This document shows, one piece after another, positions 1 through 10,929 of a DNA stretch of 64,000 nt; the stretch's first letter is position 1, and each line of letters starts with the position of its first letter. The notes under the pieces are model-generated. The model saw nothing but the letters and a program-made list of their open reading frames with translations. It was not told the DNA's origin and ran no database searches. A program made the translations under genes and the position numbers. Source of the DNA: Yuukianura sp. NJ FZ-2021 (taxonomy: Eukaryota); the NCBI GenBank assembly GCA_046563655.1, contig CM102284.1:2604001-2668000 (forward strand), in the 5' to 3' direction.

Positions 1-3000
1 TATTGATTTTTAAAAACACCATCACACCTTCTAACTTTCTACAGAAGGATTTTTGGAAAAAGTCAGGATTAGGCTAACAAATTCACTACAGTGCATTTTG
101 CTTTTTTATGGAAATTTAAAAAATTCCAAAGTATTCATTTTTAAAAACACCATCACACCTTCTAACTTTCTACAGAAGGATTTTTGGAAAAAGTCAGGAT
201 TAGGCTAACAAATTCACTACAGTGCATTTTGCTTTTTTATGGAAATTAAAAAAATTCCAAAGTATTGATTTTTAAAAACACCATCACACCTTCTAACTTT
301 CTACAGAAGGATTTTTGGAAAAAGTCAGGATTAGGCTAACAACTTCACTACAGTGCATTTTGCTTTTTTATGGAAATTTAAAAAATTCCAAAGTATTCAT
401 TTTTAAAAACACCATCACACCTTCTAACTTTCTACAGAAGGATTTTTGGAAAAAGTCAGGATTAGGCTAACAAATTCACTACAGTGCATTTTGCTTTTTT
501 ATGGAAATTTAAAAAATTCCAAAGTATTGATTTTTAAAAACACCATCACACCTTCTAACTTTCTACAGAAGGATTTTTGGAAAAAGTCAGGATTAGGCTA
601 ACAAATTCACTACAGTGCATTTTGCTTTTTTATGGAAATTTAAAAAATTCCAAAGTATTCATTTTTAAAAACACCATCACACCTTCTAACTTTCTACAGA
701 AGGATTTTTGGAAAAAGTCAGGATTAGGCTAACAAATTCACTACAGTGCATTTTGCTTTTTTATGGAAATTAAAAAAATTCCAAAGTATTGATTTTTAAA
801 AACACGATCACACCTTCTAACTTTCTACAGAAGGATTTTTGGAAAAAGTCAGGATTAGGCTAACAAATTCACTACAGTGCATTTTGCTTTTTTATGGAAA
901 TTTAAAAAATTCCAAAGTATTCATTTTTAAAAACACCATCACACCTTCTAACTTTCTACAGAAGGATTTTTGGAAAAAGTCAGGATTAGGCTAACAAATT
1001 CACTACAGTGCATTTTGCTTTTTTATGGAAATTTAAAAAATTCCAAAGTATTCATTTTTAAAAACACCATCACACCTTCTAACTTTCTACAGAAGGATTT
1101 TTGGAAAAAGTCAGGATTAGGCTAACAAATTCACTACAGTGCATTTTGCTTTTTTATGGAAATTAAAAAAATTCCAAAGTATTGATTTTTAAAAACACCA
1201 TCACACCTTCTAACTTTCTACAGAAGGATTTTTGGAAAAAGTCAGGATTAGGCTAACAACTTCACTACAGTGCATTTTGCTTTTTTATGGAAATTTAAAA
1301 AATTCCAAAGTATTCATTTTTAAAAACACCATCACACCTTCTAACTTTCTACAGAAGGATTTTTGGAAAAAGTCAGGATTAGGCTAACAAATTCACTACA
1401 GTGCATTTTGCTTTTTTATGGAAATTTAAAAAATTCCAAAGTATTCATTTTTAAAAACACCATCACACCTTCTAACTTTCTACAGAAGGATTTTTGGAAA
1501 AAGTCAGGATTAGGCTAACAAATTCACTACAGTGCATTTTGCTTTTTTATGGAAATTAAAAAAATTCCAAAGTATTGATTTTTAAAAACACCATCACACC
1601 TTCTAACTTTCTACAGAAGGATTTTTGGAAAAAGTCAGGATTAGGCTAACAACTTCACTACAGTGCATTTTGCTTTTTTATGGAAATTTAAAAAATTCCA
1701 AAGTATTCATTTTTAAAAACACCATCACACCTTCTAACTTTCTACAGAAGGATTTTTGGAAAAAGTCAGGATTAGGCTAACAAATTCACTACAGTGCATT
1801 TTGCTTTTTTATGGAAATTAAAAAAATTCCAAAGTATTGATTTTTAAAAACACGATCACACCTTCTAACTTTCTACAGAAGGATTTTTGGAAAAAGTCAG
1901 GATTAGGCTAACAAATTCACTACAGTGCATTTTGCTTTTTTATGGAAATTTAAAAAATTCCAAAGTATTCATTTTTAAAAACACCATCACACCTTCTAAC
2001 TTTCTACAGAAGGATTTTTGGAAAAAGTCAGGATTAGGCTAACAACTTCACTACAGTGCATTTTGCTTTTTTATGGAAATTTAAAAAATTCCAAAGTATT
2101 GATTTTTAAAAACACCATCACACCTTCTAACTTTCTACAGAAGGATTTTTGGAAAAAGTCAGGATTAGGCTAACAAATTCACTACAGTGCATTTTGCTTT
2201 TTTATGGAAATTTAAAAAATTCCAAAGTATTGATTTTTAAAAACACCATCACACCTTCTAACTTTCTACAGAAGGATTTTTGGAAAAAGTCAGGATTAGG
2301 CTAACAACTTCACTACAGTGCATTTTGCTTTTTTATGGAAATTTAAAAAATTCCAAAGTATTCATTTTTAAAAACACCATCACACCTTCTAACTTTCTAC
2401 AGAAGGATTTTTGGAAAAAGTCAGGATTAGGCTAACAAATTCACTACAGTGCATTTTGCCTTTTTATGGAAATTAAAAAAATTCCAAAGTATTGATTTTT
2501 AAAAACACGATCACACCTTCTAACTTTCTACAGAAGGATTTTTGGAAAAAGTCAGGATTAGGCTAACAAATTCACTACAGTGCATTTTGCTTTTTTATGG
2601 AAATTTAAAAAATTCCAAAGTATTGATTTTTAAAAACACCATCACACCTTCTAACTTTCTACAGAAGGATTTTTGGAAAAAGTCAGGATTAGGCTAACAA
2701 CTTCACTACAGTGTATTTTGCTTTTTTATGGAAATTAAAAAAATTCCAAAGTATTGATTTTTAAAAACACCATCACACCTTCTAACTTTCTACAGAAGGA
2801 TTTTTGGAAAAAGTCAGGATTAGGCTAACAAATTCATTACAGTGCATTTTCCTTTTTTATGGAAATTTAAAAAATTCTAAAGTATTGATTTTTAAAAGCA
2901 CCATCACACCTTCTAACTTTCTACAGAAGGATTTTTGGAAAAAGTCAGGATTAGGCTAACAACTTCACTACAGTGTATTTTGCTTTTTTATGGAAATTAA

Positions 3001-5472
3001 AAAAATTCCAAAGTATTGATTTTTAAAAACACGATCACACCTTCTAACTTTCTACAGAAGGATTTTTGGAAAAAGTCAGGATTAGGCTAACAACTTCACT
3101 ACAGTGTATTTTGCTTTTTTATGGAAATTAAAAAAATTCCAAAGTATTGATTTTTAAAAACACGATCACACCTTCTAACTTTCTACAGAAGGATTTTTGG
3201 AAAAAGTCAGGATTAGGCTAGCAACTTCACTACAGTGCATTTTGCTTTTTTATGGAAATTTAAAAAATTCCAAAGTATTGATTTTTAAAAACACCATCAC
3301 ACCTTCTAACTTTCTACAGAAGGATTTTTGGAAAAAGTCAGGATTAGGCTAACAAATTCACTACAGTGCATTTTGCTTTTTTATGGAAATTAAAAAAATT
3401 CCAAAGTATAGATTTTTAAAAACACGATCACACCTTCTAACTTTCTACAGAAGGATTTTTGGAAAAAGTCAGGATGAGGCTAACAAATTCACTGCAGTGC
3501 ATTTTGCTTTTTTATGGAAATTTAAAAAATTCCAAAGTATTGATTTTTAAAAACAGCATCACACCTTCTAACTTTCTACAGAAGGATTTTTGGAAAAAGT
3601 CAGGATTAGGCTAACAACTTCACTACAGTGCATTTTGCTTTTTTATGGAAATTTAAAAAATTCCAAAGTATTCATTTTTAAAAACACCATCACACCTTCT
3701 AACTTTCTACAGAAGGATTTTTGGAAAAAGTCAGGATTAGGCTAACAAATTCACTACAGTGCATTTTGCTTTTTTATGGAAATTTAAAAAATTCCAAAGT
3801 ATTGATTTTTAAAAACACCATCACACCTTCTAACTTTCTACAGAAGGATTTTTGGAAAAAGTCAGGATTAGGCTAACAACTTCACTACAGTGTATTTTGC
3901 TTTTTTATGGAAATTAAAAAAATTCCAAAGTATTGATTTTTAAAAACACCATCACACCTTCTAACTTTCTACAGAAGGATTTTTGGAAAAAGTCAGGATT
4001 AGGCTAACAAATTCATTACAGTGCATTTTCCTTTTTTATGGAAATTTAAAAAATTCTAAAGTATTGATTTTTAAAAACACCATCACACCTTCTAACTTTC
4101 TACAGAAGGATTTTTGGAAAAAGTCAGGATTAGGCTAACAACTTCACTACAGTGTATTTTGCTTTTTTATGGAAATTAAAAAAATTCCAAAGTATTGATT
4201 TTTAAAAACACGATCACACCTTCTAACTTTCTACAGAAGGATTTTTGGAAAAAGTCAGGATTAGGCTAACAACTTCACTACAGTGTATTTTGCTTTTTTA
4301 TGGAAATTAAAAAAATTCCAAAGTATTGATTTTTAAAAACACGATCACACCTTCTAACTTTCTACGGAAGGATTTTTGGAAAAAGTCAGGATTAGGCTAA
4401 CAAATTCACTACAGTGCATTTTGCTTTTTTATGGAAATTTAAAAAATTCCAAAGTATTGATTTTTAAAAACACCATCACACCTTCTAACTTTCTACAGAA
4501 GGATTTTTGGAAAAAGTCAGGATTAGGCTAACAAGTTCACTACAGTGCATTTTGCTTTTTTATGGAAATTTAAAAAATTCCAAAGTATTCATTTTTAAAA
4601 ACACCATCACACCTTCTAACTTTCTACAGAAGGATTTTTGGAAAAAGTCAGGATTAGGCTAACAAATTCACTACAGTGCATTTTGCTTTTTTATGGAAAT
4701 TTAAAAAATTCCAAAGTATTCATTTTTAAAAACACCATCACACCTTCTAACTTTCTACAGAAGGATTTTTGGAAAAAGTCAGGATTAGGCTAACAACTTC
4801 ACTACAGTGCATTTTGCTTTTTTATGGAAATTTAAAAAAAATTCCAAAGTATTCATTTTTAAAAACACCATCACACCTTCTAACTTTCTACAGAAGGATT
4901 TTTGGAAAAAGTCAGGATTAGGCTAACAACTTCACTACAGTGCATTTTGCTTTTTTATGGAAATTTAAAAAATTCCAAAGTATTCATTTTTAAAAACACC
5001 ATCACACCTTCTAACTTTCTACAGAAGGATTTTTGGAAAAAGTCAGGATTAGGCTATTAAATTCACTACAGTGCATTTTGCTTTTTTATGGAAATTTAAA
5101 AAATTCCAAAGTATTGATTTTTAAAAACACCATCACACCTTCTAACTTTCTACAGAAGGATTTTTGGAAAAAGTCAGGATTAGGCTAACAACTTCACTAC
5201 AGTGTATTTTGCTTTTTTATGGAAATTAAAAAAATTCCAAAGTATTGATTTTTAAAAACACCATCACACCTTCTAACTTTCTACAGAAGGATTTTTGGAA
5301 AAAGTCAGGATTAGGCTAACAAATTCACTACAGTGCATTTTGCTTTTTTATGGAAATTTAAAAAATTCCAAAGTATTGATTTTTAAAAACACCATCACAC
5401 CTTCTAACTTTCTACAGAAGGACTTTTGGAAAATGTCAGGATAAAGCTAACAAATTCACTACAGTGCATTTT
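1..5472. repeat. 131-bp tandem satellite array, ~42 copies, truncated by the window start
   Basis: The unit TATT(G/C)ATTTTTAAAAACACCATCACACCTTCTAAC...AAAAAATTCCAAAG recurs at 1, 132, 263, 394 and onward. Copies are near-identical; the last (~5370-5472) is degenerate. Confidence 0.99.
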
Positions 5473-5899
5473 CCTCATTTGAAATTGAAAAGTTAATACT
5501 GTTTTTGTTTTAAAAATAATAAACAATTTGGGTAAATGTCTTTAACCTGCCATTGGCAGGTGCATGTTTTAATTTGTTTTGAATAAAAAAGTATAAAATT
5601 TAAAAAAAAATTTGGGTAAACAAAACTAGCACTTCAATTCAGTTCAATTTTGAAGTCAGACTCGAGTATGAAAAGTTTCTGACTCGAGTCTCGAGTCTGA
5701 AAAAAATGGACGAGTACTCGAGTTCGAGTCGATCTCTAGAATCGAGTTTGCCACCCCTAATGGCCGTGCTTTCGCTGAAATAGTTCTTGAATGTTTTACT
5801 ACAACAGTAAAAATTCCTGGATGTGGCTGGAAAAACGTCTAACTTAAGAATTTGGCTTATTATGCTAAAACTATAATGTGTGTTAGTGGCGTCGTTTAC

Positions 5900-7549
5900 C
5901 TGATGTGATTGGCGGCATGTGTACACAACTTCTGCCGCCCGCCAGACTCCATCTGTAGAGTCTCCGGTTTCCCACAGAACGACATCAGCTCCACGGTCGA
6001 ATTCACGATTCAAAGGATGCCCATCTACTGTGTACTCATTGACTTCATGAATTGGATGGAGCAGTACTCGAACTTTTTCTGGACTGAGGCCTTCCAACGC
6101 ATAACTTAAAATAAAAACAGAATTTGAAAGGTTTCAAAATTAAAAACACTGAAGCTAATTTCTCACTTGAAGGATAAGCAGAGTCCCTGCGCCGTAGAAG
6201 GACCGCGAACTGGCCCCTCGAAAACAGCACTCTGCGATATTCTTCCAGAAATGTTTGGAATTTGCGACGTTTCAAATATAATGTATCCACCTACAAATAT
6301 AATATTTTAAAGCAAATTGTGTTTACCTGCGCATTGTTTTAACTAGTTGTTTCAAATTACGAAACAAACTGGAATTGCAGAAATTGGTGCTACCTTCAGA
6401 CACGTCGTTGGCGTCTGTTGCTGGTCCTCCCACCCAATTCGAGTTGACCCCAAATGTGACCTCCCATTGTAATGAACTGAGGTTGCTACGCGACCATCCG
6501 CAAAGATTAGCCTCATCCGGTCCAGTTCCAAACGTACAGGCTTCTCCCCCTACAAGGCGGCCATAAGAGCGTATCCAGCCAACAATAACACCTGATTTAA
6601 GGAGTACGACATTCCCAGTTCCTCACACTTTCAGCGTCAAGCAACACAGAAAACAATTGCTCAAGCGCAAAACATGGTATCAAGTAAGCACGCATTCAAA
6701 GTCGTAAAGTAAGCAAGTTGGTTTGAAATAAAAAATGACGTTAAGTTAATTTTATACACAAATGAGTAATCTTGGCAGCAGAGAAAGTTAGCTTATTCAA
6801 ACAATTTCTGTTAGATATGTAAATAACAAAATCTTAGCTTACCCGGAAGCGCTTGCCTTCCTGTTCTGACCTGTAAAAAAGCAAAAAAGGAAGTTTGTTA
6901 AATTTTATTTTAGGATTATAGAACTCATATTATTATTTAAATTGCTTTATGAAATGACGAAGTTATTTCTGCTGCTTTCTTTTTCCCTGTACTTTAATCG
7001 ATAGAGCAAAATCTTGTACACAAACAACAGGATATAAACCAAAAAAAACGACTCGTGAAAGCAAACTTCGTTCAAAATTGCATGATAAGGGGAGAATAAA
7101 AGAAAAACGCAACATCGATTAGTTTTTCAAAGTAATTCTTCAAATAAAAAACAGAGAATAACCTTTACTAATATTGGGAATGTTAAGTTTTGCTTGAACG
7201 TACAAAAAAAAACTAGCTCCCAACAGTTACATACTGGTTCAATTCCAAAAGAGGTCAATGTCCTTAAATTTTAAAACAAAAATCGAAAAATATTCAAGGA
7301 ATTTGTGTCCTTTGTTAGTGGTCCAAGTATTACAAAGACAAAAAAAAACTGAATAATGTGTATAAATAAGTGTTTAAAAAGTTTAAGTTAAGTTAATTTC
7401 AAATATTAATTAAATTAAAGTGTTACCTTTGACGTTTTGTTGTTACTTTGTGGAACGGGTTGTGGCAGAGACATTGATTGTGTGATTAATGGTAGAACCG
7501 ACAAGATTGTAAAAACTACGCAACTTAATTTTATCTTTGATGATTTCAT
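5900..7549 (-). CDS. Secreted MAM-domain protein, 5' part (gene appears to continue beyond the satellite)
   Basis: Phase-consistent exons 7549-7427, 6870-6843, 6549-6394, 6290-6167, 6104-5900. They give MKSSKIKLSCVVFTILSVLPLITQS (signal peptide)...ACTFGTGPDEANLCGW...GPATDANDVSEGGYIIFETS...GLCLSFNYALEG...VVLWETGDSTDGVWRAAEV, a MAM pattern. The last exon ends at a GT donor with no stop. Confidence 0.85.
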
Positions 7550-7773
7550 TATTTCTTTCCTCTGATGGTTCAACTTTAAAATTTAGCTTAATTAGTTAAT
7601 TTTTCTATTTTTGAGAAACTTGATGTCTCAACTAACAAGTTTGTTCTTCAACTGTTGAGAATTCTACTTGTGAAGCTTTTGTTGCAGTTAAAGGTTATTG
7701 TTTTGTCTTTAAACTGGGGAGAACTGTTTTGCTTTTCACTTTCACCTCACAACAGGATGCATGGTGAAAGTTG

Positions 7774-7789
7774 TTCCTGGAAATACCCC
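7774..7789. promoter_or_regulatory. Overlapping STAT (GAS) and NF-kB-like site TTCCTGGAAATACCCC
   Basis: TTCCTGGAA matches TTCN3GAA. The reverse complement of GGAAATACCCC is GGGGTATTTCC (kB-like). It lies ~225 bp upstream of the MAM gene ATG, in the region shared with the divergent SMYD4-like gene. Confidence 0.45.
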
Positions 7790-8378
7790 TTTCAGTCTAT
7801 TGACTCCGCGAATTTAGGTGGAAGCGTTTGACAAAATTTTCACCTGGTGAAATCATACTCAGTCACAAAGGTCATTCACTTTTCTTTCGACTCAGCCAAA
7901 CAATAGGCTACCCTAGACGGATTATCCAAGAAAAATTACTCTTTTCTTTTAGTTCTTTTTTTATTCGTTGATTTGACACGAAACCAAAAAATTTTCGTCT
8001 ACAGGCTACACTCTTAGCAATTTTTCTCCAAACCAACTCTTGGCAATGTCCAAATTCAATTTTCAAATAAACGATGACGATTATTTCTATTTACTAAAAA
8101 TGGTTTCTGTTTTCGTTCTCTTTAGCTAAAAATTCTACCCTTAAAAACTGTAATTTGTACTTACTTGTGCATGTTTTTTACCTCTTTGGGAATAAATACA
8201 TCGTCACATTTTTTTGAGTAAGTTTATCCTTCTTGCCGTTGAGATGCGACTAAGCGGCTGATTCATCTAAAAATAAAATTCTAAAAATAATGTTTTACAG
8301 GATCTGTAGCTCCAAAGTGAATTTACCAAAACGAGTTCTGCGTTTAACAAGTCTTTTTGTTGCTTTCTTCCTTTTAGC

Positions 8379-10605
8379 ATGATGAATTCATCAACTGGAG
8401 AATATCGTTTGCGTTGCAGCAAGAGTACCCTGCAAAATAAATCTGAGGGCTGCTTTTTTGATTTGGTAGAAAAGTTTAGTTACAATGTGGATTTACGTGA
8501 ATTTTCAAAGTGTTCAACCGATTTGGAAAAAATTACTTTTTGTGCTACACAATTTTGGAATTCCATTGGAGTTGAATTGATCTTCAGAGGTAAATGCACT
8601 TTTAACTTCGCTATGTGCAGGAAGACTGTTGGCAGGAGATTATTTGAAAAATTCCAATTGTTCGTTATGACGCATATAATTGTATATTTAGTTATTTTGC
8701 CAATGTTTATGCTAGGTAAAGTTGCTGATGAAGGAACTCGCTTTCGTTTGGAAGGAAACACGGCTTTCGAGCAAGGAGATTTACAGAAGGCACTTTTGTG
8801 TTACTGCAAAAGTGTCATAAAGACGCCCCCTGGAGATGACCTTGCAACTGTTTTTGCAAACAGATCTGCACTACTGTACAAATTAAAAGAATGGAACCAA
8901 GCCATCGAGGATGCTAAACTTGCTATAAGTCAAAATTATCCTGAGCAAAAGCGGTAACACTCACGTTTCACAAAATATATTTGATTTTTTGTCCTTTTTT
9001 TTGCCGTTTTTCAAAATTTGAATTGTCTCAGGCATAAATTATATGAAAGGATGACTTCAGCGTACGTTCACCTAAAAAACTACAATTTAGCAAAAGTGAC
9101 TCTTGGACTTGCCGAACATTTTTCGACCAACGCGGATACGACGTTCAATAGGCAAATTCAAAAATTGCAAAAACAAATCACTGAAGGCGCGGCATCTACA
9201 AACAGCACCGCTGAGCTGCCCGTTACATTGGCGCCAAAAAACAGGAAATTCAAATCTGCCTGTTCAAATTTTGACGTCAAGGTCACAGCCGCGGAAGGTC
9301 GATTTGCAGTTGCCTCTGGCGACATTGTTGTTGGAGAAGAAGTTTTAGTCGAGACGCCATTTGCTTCTTGTCTTCTACCAGAGCGAAACGGAAGTCACTG
9401 TCACCACTGCATGAGTCGTCTTAAAAGTTGTACTGCATGTGAAGCATGCGCTTACGTCGCTTTTTGCTCGATCAGTTGCAGAGACATGGCCAAGAGTTAC
9501 CACCAATTTGAGTGCAAAGTGCTTCTGTTATTGGTCGGTTCTGGTATGAGCGTTCTCCCACTTTTGGCATTTAGGATCATTACGCAACAAACCGCTGAAA
9601 GTCTACTCAAAGTACAACTTTTTGGCTATTTTTATATAAAAAAAATTATAAATATTTTAATTATACAATATTTTTATTAGGACTGGGATAGTCTAAGGTT
9701 CGACGGAACCGAAATTACAGCAGATGCAGATGGTGTGTATGATGACACATCGTACAGAAGTGTTTACAATTTAGTCGGACATGAGAAAGCGAGGGACCCA
9801 GAAGACTTTTTTCAAAGGACAATTATGGCCCTGTTTTTGCTCAAATGTCTCAGATTGGTGGGATATTTCAAAATTAACATTTTTACAACTCCGGAACCAA
9901 CGCTGGACGAGTTGCGTATTGGGTCGTTGCTCCTGCGCAATCTTCAAGTACTCCAGTTCAATGCCTACGAGATAGTGGAAAGCATTCTCCCACCAAAATC
10001 ACCATGTTCTAAGCTACGACTAATACCAGTTGGACTCGGCATTTACACAACAGCGGCATTTTTGAATCATTCGTGTGATCCAAATGTTGCTAGGTGAGTT
10101 AGCCTTAGGCAAATTAACGTAAGAAAACATTTTTTGAGGTTTGGGAATTTTGCAAAGTAATCTTTACAAGTTAAAAATGTTTTGCAGGTATTTCTGCGGA
10201 AATAAGTTGCATGCCATTGCAGTAAAAAACATACCAGGGCAAGGAGCAATTGAAGACAACTATGGACCTATGTTCACCAAGGTACCATGCAGTGGACGAC
10301 GAAAAATTTTGGAAGGAAGGTACTGGTTTACCTGCGCTTGTGTAGCTTGTCAAGAAAATTGGCCACTTTCTAAAGAAATTGAACAAAGTTCAAATTCGGA
10401 AATGGACACACGCCTGCGTACAGCGTTGGATCTTCTCGAATCTGGCAATGTACAAAAAGGCAAAGATATTTTAATCCATCTTTTGCGGGAACATTTCAAG
10501 AAGCAAAAGCGTTTGGCAACTACAAGTGTACCCAACATCGATGTTGTCATTGCAGAAGAGGCGCTACGGCTTGCAGTAGCTTCTGTTTGTAACGACACAC
10601 TTTAA
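8379..10605 (+). CDS. SMYD4: SET and MYND domain protein (SMYD4-like lysine methyltransferase) with N-terminal TPRs
   Basis: Exons ~8379-8589, 8716-8953, 9032-9611, 9681-10093, 10188-10605. Motifs: TPR (RLEGNTAF...FANRSALL), GRFAVASGDIVVGE, MYND (CHHC...CEAC...FCSISC...HQFEC), SET NHSCDPN, post-SET YWFTCACVAC. AATAAA at 10621. Confidence 0.9.
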
Positions 10606-10929
10606 AATGTTAGTCAGAATAATAAACACGTTTTTGAAAATAATTTTGAGAAAGATTTGTGTTACACTAGTTACCAGTTCGTCTAACGAGCAACAACAAC
10701 CTTCAAATTCCGAAATTAAAAAAAATATACGTCAACACAACAATCATTTAATTTGAAATTTCAAAAATATCCGAATAAGGCTTTTGTCACAAGATAGAAA
10801 TTCTAAGACAAAACTTTTTTTTTAAAGTTGTTTGAGTTTTTTAACGTCAAATGCTTTTTCGTAATAATTCCCGTTAATGGAATTGCGGTCGGCGTTGGGT
10901 ACTATGTCCGTAATGGTATCGTACACTTC

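Noticed and set aside
1-5472. CRISPR-like or coding repeat
   Set aside because: Whole 131-bp units are near-identical with no unique spacers and no long ORF, in a eukaryotic context.
5639-6290. ORF-track proteins of 152, 66 and 81 aa as standalone genes
   Set aside because: Explained as a MAM exon with intron read-through, an antisense frame, or the wrong frame.
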